DNA from: Leptolyngbyaceae cyanobacterium
Lineage (GTDB): Bacteria; Cyanobacteriota; Cyanobacteriia; Phormidesmidales; Phormidesmidaceae
Direction of reading: 5' to 3'
Assembly (NCBI GenBank): GCA_965263355.1
Contig: CBDHHL010000032.1
Location: forward strand, 3,712,001-3,776,000
Length of the DNA stretch: 64,000 nucleotides
Shown: positions 11,010 through 21,252 of the stretch, in pieces
Layout of the letters: each line of letters begins with the position of its first letter
Numbering within the stretch: position 1 is the stretch's first letter
The notes under the pieces: generated by a model
The model's input: the letters and a program-made list of their open reading frames with translations, nothing else
Database searches by the model: none
Told to the model about the DNA's origin: nothing
Translations under genes and position numbers: made by a program

Positions 11010-11208
11010 GGCAATGCGGGCAAAAAATTAAACAAAAACCAACCAAAACCACGTCCAATTTGAAACCTATAGATTCTTCACCGGAAAAATTCCAGTTCTA
11101 GACGTGAACAAAGTTTATCCTTGGGGTGAACAATTAGATTAGCGTTGCTAACAACGACTATTCCAATATCTAACTATATGTGTAAGGTGGGGTTAAGAGA
11201 ACAGCAAC

Positions 11209-12147
11209 TTAGCCCTGACGGGGGTCGTTAGGCCAGACGAACACTAGCGTTGTTCCTTTCAAATCGATTAAAGATATGTAATTAACGGGTTGATTATTCG
11301 CATCGTAAACACCATAAAAAGGATGACCACCATATAGCCCTTCATCCACTTGAGTCATACCTGCATTGATCAGAGCCTGCCCTAGGCCTTCTCGATTTAC
11401 AAGATCAATGTTTCTGGAAATTTGCTTAAATGTTGCTTCAGGCAGTGGCTGATAAGTGCCATCACTGATGCTATTAGCCGTAAAAAAGGCGCTAGGATCA
11501 AACACATTCTGAATATCTTGTGCTCTAAAACGTAGGTCAAGGGGATCAGTGCTTAACCATTGATCAGTAATATCAAAATTGCTAGTCCCTTCACTTGAGG
11601 CTCCCAAGAACTGACTTAATTGACTATTGAGGGCATCTTGCTGCACAGGGTCAAAGGCAAAGGACTGTTCAACTGGCTCTTCTTCAAATTCCTCTTCAAA
11701 TTCTTCCTCTTCTGGTAGTTCTTCAATAATCTCCTCTAATTCTTCAGGTACTTCGGTTAGAACTGGAGGGGCTACAACAGTTGCTGGTGGTGGTGCCTCT
11801 GGCGGGGGTGCTTGAGGTTCTTCGGGGGGAGGAGGAGGAACAGGTTCTTCCGGAGCTAAAATATCACTCAGACTAACTGCCTCAATCGTGACTTCTTCTT
11901 CAGGTTCTGGCTCTAAAACTTCTTCTACTTTAGGTGCTGATAGATCGACAGCAGGGAGAAGCAATAACAATCCATGGGTGCCTAATGCCAGCCAAACCAC
12001 AGGACGTCTTAAGAAGCAAAATCCATAGGTTGAGAGCTGTGCAGTTACATAGGGCAGCGCTCGAATAAACAGAATTGGCTGGAATACAACATTCTTAGCC
12101 AGTCTGACCATAGGATTACCCGACTCAGAAGAACCAATGCTAGCCAT
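11209..12147 (-). CDS. Membrane-anchored Pro/Glu-rich hypothetical protein
   Basis: TM LALGTHGLLLLLP, then a Pro- and Glu-rich spacer and a globular C-terminus; start uncertain. Confidence 0.65.
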   Translation of the reverse strand: MASIGSSESGNPMVRLAKNVVFQPILFIRALPYVTAQLSTYGFCFLRRPVVWLALGTHGLLLLLPAVDLSAPKVEEVLEPEPEEEVTIEAVSLSDILAPEEPVPPPPPEEPQAPPPEAPPPATVVAPPVLTEVPEELEEIIEELPEEEEFEEEFEEEPVEQSFAFDPVQQDALNSQLSQFLGASSEGTSNFDITDQWLSTDPLDLRFRAQDIQNVFDPSAFFTANSISDGTYQPLPEATFKQISRNIDLVNREGLGQALINAGMTQVDEGLYGGHPFYGVYDANNQPVNYISLIDLKGTTLVFVWPNDPRQG

Positions 12148-12310
12148 GGGAAAAACTACGTTCTAAATATTAAGGAAACCTTGGAGGAGCGAACATTCCC
12201 CCAAGGCAAAAATGGTTGATGCACACTGAGCGTGTGAAACTTAGCAATGTTAGAGATACCTTTCTCGGGGCCTTAAACACCCCGATAGAAAACCCTGAAC
12301 TTTGCTGAAA

Positions 12311-13264
12311 CTACTGAAGAACAGTAGTCGCTTCTGCGTCGTAAGCTTCAAGAGTAGAGTCAGTTGCAGCATCAGGTAGAGGTACATAGCCGACCTCAAG
12401 GATCAACTCGCCTGCATCAGCCTGTTCAACATAGAACTCAACAAAGTCAGCAACGCCAGTGCTGGAATCAGCAAGAGCTGCCGTGTTTACGTAGATGAAG
12501 ATAGGACGGCCTAGAGGCTGGTACAGGTCAGCTTCAACATTAGTTACAGTGGGCTCAACAAATTCACCTAGGTCTTCATTGAAGATGCTAACGGCTTTCA
12601 GAATATCGGCATTCTCGGAAAAGTAAGCCAGACCGAAGTAACCAATAGCATAGGGGTCGCCAGCAACACCGCGGACTAGAACGTTGTCATCTTCACTCGC
12701 GGTATAATCTGCACGGCTGACACCACCGTCGCCGTTGACTTCGTCAGTGAAGTAATCAAACGTACCGGAGTCAGTACCAGGACCAAACAGACCGATTTCC
12801 TCATTAGGCCAGGAAGGATCGATCTGGTTCCAGCGAGTGATAACACCTTCAGCAGGTGCATCCCACATAGCGTTTAGTTGGTCAACGGTCATCTCAGTTG
12901 CCCAATCGTTTGCAGGATTGATCACAACAGTCAAAGCATCATAGGCAACGGGAACAGCAATGTAATCGATACCAGCTGCGGCACATAGCTCCTTTTCAGA
13001 GTCTTTGATAGGACGAGAAGCGTTAGAAATAACAGTCTCACCAGCGCAGAACTTCTTGAAACCACCGCCAGTACCGGAAACACCAACAGTAACTTCTGCT
13101 CCGGGATTGACAGTAGCGTACTCTTCAGCCATCGCTTCAGTGATGGGAAAAACAGTACTGGAACCGTCGATAGCAATACTTTGAGCAACTGCAGATGTTG
13201 CAGTAAGAGCACCAGCCGCAGCTACTGCAGCTACTGTGCCGAAAAATTGAGCGAACTTAACCAT
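12311..13264 (-). CDS. pstS: Phosphate ABC transporter substrate-binding protein
   Basis: [44 protein letters not shown]. Confidence 0.95.
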   Translation of the reverse strand: MVKFAQFFGTVAAVAAAGALTATSAVAQSIAIDGSSTVFPITEAMAEEYATVNPGAEVTVGVSGTGGGFKKFCAGETVISNASRPIKDSEKELCAAAGIDYIAVPVAYDALTVVINPANDWATEMTVDQLNAMWDAPAEGVITRWNQIDPSWPNEEIGLFGPGTDSGTFDYFTDEVNGDGGVSRADYTASEDDNVLVRGVAGDPYAIGYFGLAYFSENADILKAVSIFNEDLGEFVEPTVTNVEADLYQPLGRPIFIYVNTAALADSSTGVADFVEFYVEQADAGELILEVGYVPLPDAATDSTLEAYDAEATTVLQ

Positions 13265-13338
13265 AACTACACACTCCGTGGCTATTTGTTAGGCCACGAA
13301 AAACTATAGCCAGGGGAAATTAATGCAAAGTAATTGCC

Positions 13339-13379
13339 TGGTTAAGATATTGTTTTAGTTAGTTTAAGGCAAGGTAAAA
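13339..13379 (-). promoter_or_regulatory. Cyanobacterial Pho box (SphR/PhoB site) upstream of pstS
   Basis: Minus strand TTTTACCT-n3-CTTAAACT-n3-TAAAACAA-n3-CTTAACCA, 11-bp periodic matches to PyTTAAPyPy(T/A). Confidence 0.75.
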
Positions 13380-13583
13380 ACTGAATAAGTCTATGTAGAG
13401 AAAGTAACTTATCCTTTCAAAGGGTTATTATTCAATGGCTATTTGTCAACAGAATTTCAGCTTAATTTTAGAGGGCGATGGTGTATACAACATTACTTTT
13501 GATTGAATTATTATATAAATTTATAAACTTGGCCGGATAGCTCTACCGACTTCTTATTCAAGGCTAATGTTCCCATATCCTAT

Positions 13584-13613
13584 GGAAAATGTTCACTGAA
13601 ATGAACATTTTCC
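13584..13613. other. Perfect 12-bp inverted repeat (terminator or operator)
   Basis: GGAAAATGTTCA-CTGAAA-TGAACATTTTCC downstream of the 13705 gene. Confidence 0.55.
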
Positions 13614-13704
13614 GGGTAGAGATTTTTGTAGAGAGAGCCAGAGCGATGCTAGGGCAGGTATAAAATATCACCGTAGGTAATATTACGTCTTCTTTAGATG
13701 AGTT

Positions 13705-13965
13705 CTAAATTTTGCCTTCGAAGTATTTGTACCAGATGGCATTGCCGATGACGGTCAGGATGAGAATGCTGCTGCCACCCATTAAGGCAAGTGTAGGGTT
13801 ATAGCCTCCATGACTGAGATTTTCCATCCACAAATTTGTGGTGGTGGAATGTGACACTTGATTGGCTAGGAAGGGCGTTAGGTAAATCAGCGCACCACCG
13901 CTGAGCAGCCAGCCAACCATTGATATCAGTAGGAAAACGGTTTTGCCTTTAGTTTGGGTACTCAT
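13705..13965 (-). CDS. Small two-TM hypothetical protein
   Basis: Two hydrophobic helices; co-oriented with the upstream genes. Confidence 0.75.
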   Translation of the reverse strand: MSTQTKGKTVFLLISMVGWLLSGGALIYLTPFLANQVSHSTTTNLWMENLSHGGYNPTLALMGGSSILILTVIGNAIWYKYFEGKI

Positions 13966-14000
13966 GGACGTGTCTTGATAAAACTGATTTTGATAGAGCG

Positions 14001-14588
14001 CTAGTCAGTGGCCTCAAAAGGTGTACCAATCAAACATGCACCCGTTAACGTAGCGCCATCAAGGTTGGTGTTACTCAGTTGGGCGCACAATAAATTGGCT
14101 TGGGTTAAATTAGCCCCTCGCAGAACAGCGCCACTGAGATTAGCTTCTTCTAGGTCGGCTCCTGATAAATCGCTGCCTGCAAGGTTGGCGCTGCCTAAAT
14201 CGGCGCTGCGAAGAATGCAGCCAGCTAAGTTAGCTCCTCGTAAATCGGCTCCTCGTAAATCGACTGCTGTTAAATCGAGATTACTTAAAACAGCGCCGGC
14301 TAAAAATGCTCCAGCTAGGCTGGTGTTAGTTGTATTGGCTTCAAGTAAGATAGCTCCCCTGAGATCGGCGCTGCGCATATCAGCAGCCAGAAGATCTGCA
14401 CCGATTAAGTCAGCTCCCCGCAAATTTGCCCGGAGGTCGGCTTGTTTAAGAATGGTGCCATTGAGGTTGGCTCCTTTGAGATTGGCTTGGAACAGATTAG
14501 CGTTGCTGAGGTCCATGCCAGTCAGATCTGCACCCATCAGATTATTTGTTTGTCCTTGTAAAATCGCTTCGATCTCGGATGGGGTCAT
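14001..14588 (-). CDS. Pentapeptide repeat protein
   Basis: A(D/N)LxG repeats throughout; ATGA overlap with the upstream gene. Confidence 0.93.
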   Translation of the reverse strand: MTPSEIEAILQGQTNNLMGADLTGMDLSNANLFQANLKGANLNGTILKQADLRANLRGADLIGADLLAADMRSADLRGAILLEANTTNTSLAGAFLAGAVLSNLDLTAVDLRGADLRGANLAGCILRSADLGSANLAGSDLSGADLEEANLSGAVLRGANLTQANLLCAQLSNTNLDGATLTGACLIGTPFEATD

Positions 14589-16006
14589 GGGGTGACCTCC
14601 CTAGGGGTAGACCGTTGTTTTTCGTCGGCAGATTGAGGTTTGATATCTTCAAGCCAAACGGTTGGTTGCTGACTAGGGCGTTGTGGCAGCTGTAGCATGC
14701 CGATTTCCGCCAATCGTACGACGGTGCTTAGAGACGCTACAAGATTCGGGTCAAAGCGTCTACCGCTATGGGTTTCACAGACTGTTAATGCTTCTCCCAA
14801 CGCCATAGCAGTTCGTTCACCTCTAGGTTCAGTGAGTTCTTGAAAATAGGCAACAAGACCCAAAATCCGCGATTCAATGGGTATTTCTTCTGCTTTTAAG
14901 CCATTTGGTGTACCACTACCATCCCAGTATTCCAACTGGTGGGTGACGATGCGGTTGATGGGGGATAACTCTGGCATTGACGAGAGTAGCTGACCACCCA
15001 GGGCAGCCCGATCGCGCCAGAATACCAAACTGGCTTGGTCCAGATGCTCTGTTGTTTGCTGAAAAATTTCCTTGGGGGCTTCAGCTAAGCCAATACGGAA
15101 CAATAACCCTGCTAGCCGCAGACGCCGTAGTTGGAGGGTGGGTAAATCGATTATCTGCCCTAATGTTTCAGCTAGGGCAGATACTTGTAGCGAAGCAACG
15201 GGGTTGGCCGGGTCGCGTGCGTCAATTTTTTGCACCATGCGCAAAAAGGCCTGTAGCTTATTGGCCGCCAAGTTGCGGTTAAGTTTGGAAGCTTGGCCTT
15301 CAAGTTCCCAAAGTTCACGGGTTTGACGACTGACGGTGACGAGCTGCTGCTGACTACTCTGGAGATAGTTAACAATGCGTGACACCACACCACTTAGATC
15401 CGTAGGAATTTCTGAGGGATTATTTCTTAGGGTGCTGTAATGTCCCATGAGCTGATCGGCAAGGTCGTTATCGTAGGGGCGGAGCCGTTCAATCAGAATT
15501 TTTGCTGCTTCTTCTACGGGAGTCTTTTCAAAGGTCCAAAGACCGTAAAATTTGCGTTCAACGTCCACGGTGGGGATGCTGTCGCTCCGATAGTCCTCTT
15601 CAGAAAGTTCGTGGCATAGCAACATAGCTGCATAACCCGGTGCCAGAATAATTAGGTTCCACTCTTGGTTAAGGCTGTCATTGCTGTCTAGATTAACTAG
15701 ATCAACGTTGGCTAGCTGGCTGGTAGCATGGTCGCCAAAGCCGCTATTGGGGACAGCTGCGATCGCAACCCGTTGTGCGAAATTTGCAATATCCTTGTAG
15801 CGATCGGCTTCCTGTAGATACCATTTACCTTGCTGAAACGTGACCATTACCAGTGGTTTAGCGTCATCCGGTTGTTCTAGAATATGGTCCTCTAGAGCAT
15901 GGCACAGGGCCACTAGGGTGTTTTTGAAATAAACACCATAGCTAGAGGGCATTTGACCCTCAGGCAACGTGATCTTGAGTTGATTAAGGGTAGCCTCAGA
16001 GTTCAT
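14585..16006 (-). CDS. DICT sensory domain plus degenerate HD-GYP domain protein
   Basis: KNTLVALCHALED, FQQGKWY, EWNLI and FYGLWTF (DICT-like); C-terminal WDGSGTPNGLKAEEIPIESRI and SGRRFDP (HD-GYP-like). Confidence 0.82.
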   Translation of the reverse strand: MNSEATLNQLKITLPEGQMPSSYGVYFKNTLVALCHALEDHILEQPDDAKPLVMVTFQQGKWYLQEADRYKDIANFAQRVAIAAVPNSGFGDHATSQLANVDLVNLDSNDSLNQEWNLIILAPGYAAMLLCHELSEEDYRSDSIPTVDVERKFYGLWTFEKTPVEEAAKILIERLRPYDNDLADQLMGHYSTLRNNPSEIPTDLSGVVSRIVNYLQSSQQQLVTVSRQTRELWELEGQASKLNRNLAANKLQAFLRMVQKIDARDPANPVASLQVSALAETLGQIIDLPTLQLRRLRLAGLLFRIGLAEAPKEIFQQTTEHLDQASLVFWRDRAALGGQLLSSMPELSPINRIVTHQLEYWDGSGTPNGLKAEEIPIESRILGLVAYFQELTEPRGERTAMALGEALTVCETHSGRRFDPNLVASLSTVVRLAEIGMLQLPQRPSQQPTVWLEDIKPQSADEKQRSTPREVTP

Positions 16007-16342
16007 ATAAAGACTCTTTATGAATCAAGTAAGCTTAATGGCCCCGGTGTAGAAAGCTGATATAACGAAGCTTCAAAGCTAAGCTTCAAATTCTCACCAG
16101 ATAGAGCTTCTTCAAAAAGCTTCTAGGTAATAACTATGATTTCATATTTTGATGAAAAGCGTGGCAAGTCTTATGCAAAATATGCCACGGTTGTTATTTA
16201 GCAATGCTTTAAAGGGGCGGTATTGATCGTTTTTGTTATAAAACGATATAAATTAAGTGGCTGAAATAAGCAAAAGTACTTAACTTGTATAGAGGTCTAC
16301 CTGGTTACGATTGGTGGACCCTATCAAAATCGAGTGAACGTT

Positions 16343-16573
16343 ATGACTAATTCATCCAACGAGCAAACTTGTCCCGTGTGCGGTGTTACGGTTGCCAATG
16401 ATGTTGTGCAATTTTCCAATGGCTCTACGGGTACTCGCGCCCGTCTCTATGCCAGGGTATGCCAGTACGCTAAGAAGCCTGACTGTATTAATCAAGATAA
16501 GGAACTGATTGGTGTGGTTTTGCAGGAAGATGGCTTTATGGAAGCCCCGCCGCTTAATTTAGGTCAATCGTAA
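16343..16573 (+). CDS. Small Cys-containing hypothetical protein
   Basis: CPVC...RLYARVCQY...CIN; divergent from the DICT gene. Confidence 0.75.
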   Translation: MTNSSNEQTCPVCGVTVANDVVQFSNGSTGTRARLYARVCQYAKKPDCINQDKELIGVVLQEDGFMEAPPLNLGQS

Positions 16574-16631
16574 GCTATCGAAACTGAGAACAGGGTAGTT
16601 GTCCCTTGATGCCTGCCCTGTTCTGACTGCG

Positions 16632-17102
16632 CTAACCCAATCGCTCTGCCACTTGTCTAAGTCGCTGCAGCTGCGCTTTCATGTCTTGCTTAGTCCAGTT
16701 GGCAGCAAACTGACTAAATCCAAAGGATACGAGTGGATTTGGAATTTCAAACTCAAAGCGATTGATCAGGCGAGTGCCTGATTCTTCTGGGATACATTCC
16801 CACCGATCTTTACCGGTAAAAAATCCTGTAAATGCCCAGACTATTAGGCCTGGCCGTCGCTCTACTACTTTGCTGATTAGGCTGGGCTGCAGTAGAGGGA
16901 CTTGAATAATAAACCGGGTCTGACTATTTATATCTGTGCTCCAGGTTTCCCCTATGGGTTCACAGCGGAGGGCAGGGTTGAGCCATTGATGCATAAGGGT
17001 GCGATCGCAAATGCATCGTTCGACCGTGGTAGCGCTGGCACGAATAAAAACTGATTGCTCAAAAACGCCCATAAAAAATGATAGGTAGCAACTGGATACC
17101 AC
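16632..17102 (-). CDS. SRPBCC/START-family protein
   Basis: FEQSVFIRAS, FTGFFTGKDRW, GTRLINRFEF and a C-terminal helix; true start may be internal (MGVFEQS). Confidence 0.8.
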   Translation of the reverse strand: MVSSCYLSFFMGVFEQSVFIRASATTVERCICDRTLMHQWLNPALRCEPIGETWSTDINSQTRFIIQVPLLQPSLISKVVERRPGLIVWAFTGFFTGKDRWECIPEESGTRLINRFEFEIPNPLVSFGFSQFAANWTKQDMKAQLQRLRQVAERLG

Positions 17103-17150
17103 CTATCATTTTTGCTGATTTAAATTTTAAAGCAAAAGCGACTAGCGATC

Positions 17151-18395
17151 TTAATGGACATGATGTTTATGATGGCTGTGGCCATGTTCCTTGTGTTCAT
17201 GGCTATGTTCACCATGGTGATGGCCGTCGTGATGGTGCCCATCGTGATGATGGCCATTGTGATGATGGCTATCGTAGTCTTGCAAGGTTTCCATTTGGGC
17301 AGCGCGATGCAGTTGATTGACCGCCATACCCTGCTCGTCACTCAGATCGGAAATCAGGCTATCAGCCCAGCCAGCCGCCATTTTTAAAAAGTCATCATTA
17401 TCGTTGACGCAGGGCATTTGCACATAGGTGACATCGGGACGCTTACGCCGGAGATGGCCAATGATATGCTCCACATCCAGTAGAGTCTCGTGATTTTCAG
17501 TGACAAAACCAATAGGCATAAAGACTAAAGCCGTAGCACCCAGATCCATTAGGTTTTGAGCTGCCAGGGTGACATTGGGCTGGGTCCATTCAATCATGGG
17601 GGTATCGTGGTTCAGCCAGCCAATGGAAACCAATGGATAGTTGTAAATCAGGCGCTCTCGAACGGCGTCGTAGAGCAGCTGACTCTCCGTAATACCCGAA
17701 GTGAAGCCCTTGGCTTTGTGAGGACAGCCGTGGTTCATAAGGACAATGCCGGTTTGAGAGGGTAGATGGGCAACAGCTAAATGTCGTTGAATCTTCTCCT
17801 CGACCTGGCGAGCCAGTAGATCGATGTAATCAGGTTGGTTATAAAAGGACGGTATATAGCGGGTGCCTTGGAGCCAATGATCGTCGCCACCGCTAAATGT
17901 TTTGGCTAAAGCGCTGTTGACTTGTTCTACAGCAATCCCACTAGTGAAAATAGAGTCAACGACCAGTAGGGGGTAAATCAATAGCTTAGTGAACCCCTGG
18001 GCTTGGATTTCGGCTAGCACCTGGTGCGGTAAAAACGGAGCGCAAAAGTTAAACGCCTTAAATACACTGACACGCTCGCCCCACTTGGCTTGTAGATGGC
18101 GCTCAATGCCCTCACGCTGACGCTCAAAGATGCCGTTGTGGGGGGAAATAAAGTGATCGTGTTGGTGGTCCCATTCGTGGCGATCAAACAAGGCTAAGAG
18201 CTTAGCCAGGGGAGGATAAATCCAGGTGGGTACTGGGGCGAACTTAGCAGTTAGTAGATTAAGCGCTTGTTCATTGTAGTTGGCAAAGTCTTCGTAACTT
18301 TCTACCTCGCCATAGCCCATAAGCAAAACGGCTACACGGTTGTCAGATTTGCTTTGGTCTGGGGTGGATAGATTCGTGGGCGAAATCGCAACCAT
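17151..18395 (-). CDS. Ferrochelatase-like chelatase with His-rich C-terminal tail
   Basis: VLLMGYGE, MNHGCP, EWTQP, PIGFVTENHETL, PCVND; tail HHHNGHHHDGHHHDGHHH... Confidence 0.85.
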   Translation of the reverse strand: MVAISPTNLSTPDQSKSDNRVAVLLMGYGEVESYEDFANYNEQALNLLTAKFAPVPTWIYPPLAKLLALFDRHEWDHQHDHFISPHNGIFERQREGIERHLQAKWGERVSVFKAFNFCAPFLPHQVLAEIQAQGFTKLLIYPLLVVDSIFTSGIAVEQVNSALAKTFSGGDDHWLQGTRYIPSFYNQPDYIDLLARQVEEKIQRHLAVAHLPSQTGIVLMNHGCPHKAKGFTSGITESQLLYDAVRERLIYNYPLVSIGWLNHDTPMIEWTQPNVTLAAQNLMDLGATALVFMPIGFVTENHETLLDVEHIIGHLRRKRPDVTYVQMPCVNDNDDFLKMAAGWADSLISDLSDEQGMAVNQLHRAAQMETLQDYDSHHHNGHHHDGHHHDGHHHGEHSHEHKEHGHSHHKHHVH

Positions 18396-18560
18396 AAAAA
18401 TTAAGCCTTGAAGGTTAGTTGGGTTGTCACAATGGACAGGCCCAACGGTAGCGCACCTCTAGGGTTAGTCCCATTTAACCTTGCAAGAATTTAAGACTCC
18501 TGAAATGAATTGATACGCAGCTGTTACTGTCTATTAAGTCTTACGTTGTTTGTTTCGGGT

Positions 18561-19664
18561 TTAATCACTCCATAACCGTCTGCGCCCAGGGCCCCTAAGA
18601 CGCTGATGGGTATCCCGTAACAGGGTAGGAATATCTAGTTTTTCTGGGCAGCGGGGTAAGCAATCGCCACAGTCGTTGCAGCGATTGCCTTGACGTCCTG
18701 AGAACCAATGGCCTGCTCGTTCAAACATACCGTAGCGATACTGACCAAAGGTGGTCATGTCGTAAGCAATGGCTAGGTTTCTGAGTCTGAGCACTTCTGG
18801 AATATTGATGGCTTCTGGACAGGGAAGACACTCATAACACTGTTGGCATTGGTCAGTGCCCAATACTGTCTGGGCCTGTTCTAGCCGTACTAAAGCAGTG
18901 CGCTCTTCAGCGGTGAGGGCGGCTGTATTATCGGCGACTTGCAGGGGCCAGGCAAGTTCTGTGGGGATGGCTGGGCCAATACTCAGGGTGGTAATGCGCA
19001 GATCGCTTAGCAACCAGCGATAGGTGAGTAATAGGGGGTCAAACGGTTGGCAAAGCTGCTTGAGCTTGACGGGTGGTGTATAGAGCTGTCCCCCTTTGTC
19101 AGCTGGGGAAATAATAAAAATGCCTAGATCTCGTTGATGGGCTAATTCAATAGCAGCGGCGTTGCGTTGATTAAAAAAGTAGTAGTGCAGGTTGATAAAG
19201 CTGATGATGGGATTTGCGATCGCTCCCATCACCACCGCTAATGAGCCGTGACTTGAGGCACCCACATGACGTACCCGTCTATCGTCTAGTACCTGGGTTA
19301 AACCCGGCATCATCCCATCAATTTGCTGTAGATGTTCAGGGGTATTCACCCCATGTAAAGCGAGGCAGTCAATGTAGTTAGTTCCTAAGCGCTCTAGGGA
19401 CTCATCAATCAGTCGATCCACGTCACTGCCAGGTAGCAGCTTAGTGGTCAAAACTAACTCCGAGCGCTTAAAACTTTTTAATGCCTGACCAAGGTATGGT
19501 TCACTCTGGCCATAGCCCCGTGCCGTTTCAATATGGTTAATACCCTGGGCGATTGCCTCAGACAAAACGCAATACATAGAGTCTGCATTGTCCAGACAGC
19601 GCATTGTCCCTAAGGAAAATACGGACAGATTTAATTCTGTTTTACCAAAACGTCGATAGTGCAT
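18561..19664 (-). CDS. Aldo/keto reductase with C-terminal 4Fe-4S dicluster domain
   Basis: SLGTMR, ETARGYG; CQQCYECLPCP and CNDCGDCLPRCP. Confidence 0.9.
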   Translation of the reverse strand: MHYRRFGKTELNLSVFSLGTMRCLDNADSMYCVLSEAIAQGINHIETARGYGQSEPYLGQALKSFKRSELVLTTKLLPGSDVDRLIDESLERLGTNYIDCLALHGVNTPEHLQQIDGMMPGLTQVLDDRRVRHVGASSHGSLAVVMGAIANPIISFINLHYYFFNQRNAAAIELAHQRDLGIFIISPADKGGQLYTPPVKLKQLCQPFDPLLLTYRWLLSDLRITTLSIGPAIPTELAWPLQVADNTAALTAEERTALVRLEQAQTVLGTDQCQQCYECLPCPEAINIPEVLRLRNLAIAYDMTTFGQYRYGMFERAGHWFSGRQGNRCNDCGDCLPRCPEKLDIPTLLRDTHQRLRGPGRRRLWSD

Positions 19665-19712
19665 GGGGGGAGCAAATGCCTTAACCCATATATACCAGAC
19701 CTACTGATTGGA

Positions 19713-20210
19713 CTACTGATTAGACGAACGACCCTGTTGGGCAAAATCTGACGGGCTCAGGTTTGAGACAAAATCTCGGAAAGCCTCTTTCTCAGCTTCA
19801 TCAGCCTCTCGATCAACTGGAATCGAAGCATCAGCCACGACCTCTTCCATCACCCAAATAGGAGCCCCCATGCGCAGCGCAATGGAAATTGCATCACTAG
19901 GTCGGGAATCAAGCTCTTTAGTAACCTCCCCATGTTTAAGCGTCATCGTGGCATAGAAAGTATTGTCTTTTAACGAATGAATCACCACACGATCCAATGC
20001 TAGCTCCCAATCATCAAGCAAATTAGCAAATAGATCATGGGTCATAGGACGCACAGATTCTTCGTTTTCCAACGCGACAATAATGGCGCGGGCCTGCTCA
20101 TTGGAAATAAAAATAGGCAGTGCTCGTCGTTCGGATGCATCGCGTAGCAAAATCACAGGATTTCGCGAAACTGCATCCAGTGCAATGCCAGCAACTTTCA
20201 TTTCGATCAT
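19713..20210 (-). CDS. Bifunctional nuclease family protein (DUF151)
   Basis: RALPIFI, RPMTHDL, TFYA, DSRPSDAISIALR. Confidence 0.92.
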   Translation of the reverse strand: MIEMKVAGIALDAVSRNPVILLRDASERRALPIFISNEQARAIIVALENEESVRPMTHDLFANLLDDWELALDRVVIHSLKDNTFYATMTLKHGEVTKELDSRPSDAISIALRMGAPIWVMEEVVADASIPVDREADEAEKEAFRDFVSNLSPSDFAQQGRSSNQ

Positions 20211-20577
20211 GGATATTAATCCTCTTGGCTCCGCAGGAATCTGACCCAATAAATAGAATGTAGCACCTGAAAATTATCTAAGCTGTGTCAAACTGCTTGG
20301 GCAATATGACGGTTGTCAATCAGCGTCTCATTAGTAAAGGTATGTATTAAACAGCTGTTATAAGTAATATTCCATCTCTAAGCTAAAAGAGTCCGCTCAG
20401 CTTGTTGGCTGTTGAAAAAAATCTTTATTTAGAGTCTAAAAATCTTTATCAAGGACTTCCTTCTTGTAACCTTCATATGTGTGCCATCAGGCTAAACTAT
20501 GCGGCATTATTTTACCTCTGCCAATTGGCTGGTAGGGGGTTTCCAATAGCTCTATCCCTATAAATCATCATAAGAAT

Positions 20578-21252
20578 GTGTTTACCGGACTAATTCAGGC
20601 TTTAGGAAAGCTTCAAACCCTGGATCAGGATCGTCTAAAGATTAGCTATCTTGATGCCTGTAATCCCATCATGGCAGACATTTCTCTGGGGGATAGTATT
20701 GCTGTAGACGGCGTTTGTTTGACCGTTGCAACTATTTTGCCAAAGGGCTTTATTGTAACGGCTTCTCCTGAAACCTTACAGCGGTCTACCCTGGGAAAAA
20801 TTTCCCCTGAACGCCCTGTCAATTTGGAGGCATCCTTGCGGGTCGGTGACAAGATAGGGGGCCATTTTGTCACTGGACATGTTGATGGTCAGGGCTATGT
20901 CGGTGACATCATTAAAACTGATAGTGCCTGGGAAATTAGCTTTACAGTTCCCAAAAGTCAGGTATCTCGCTACATCGTTTCTAAAGGTAGCGTTGGCGTT
21001 AATGGTATTAGCTTAACGGTGGCTGACTGTAGTCCTTCTGGTGACTGGTTTAAGGTAGCTGTGATCCCAGTGACTTACGATGAAACGAATCTGCAGTATC
21101 TGCAGCCGAATGATGCGGTTAATCTTGAAGGGGACATCTTGGGTAAATATGTGGAACGATTTACCCAGCTGAAGCATGGGGCTACCAGCGGAGCAGAACA
21201 GCCTGATGATGATATTTCCTTAGATTTTTTGGCTACCCATGGCTATGGCTAG
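20578..21252 (+). CDS. ribE: Riboflavin synthase (alpha chain)
   Basis: MFTGLI N-terminus, GDSIAVDGVCLTV, GGHFVTGHVDG, NGISLTV. Confidence 0.96.
   Translation: MFTGLIQALGKLQTLDQDRLKISYLDACNPIMADISLGDSIAVDGVCLTVATILPKGFIVTASPETLQRSTLGKISPERPVNLEASLRVGDKIGGHFVTGHVDGQGYVGDIIKTDSAWEISFTVPKSQVSRYIVSKGSVGVNGISLTVADCSPSGDWFKVAVIPVTYDETNLQYLQPNDAVNLEGDILGKYVERFTQLKHGATSGAEQPDDDISLDFLATHGYG

Noticed and set aside
14008..14595. 195-aa plus-strand ORF
   Set aside because: Antisense shadow of the pentapeptide repeat gene
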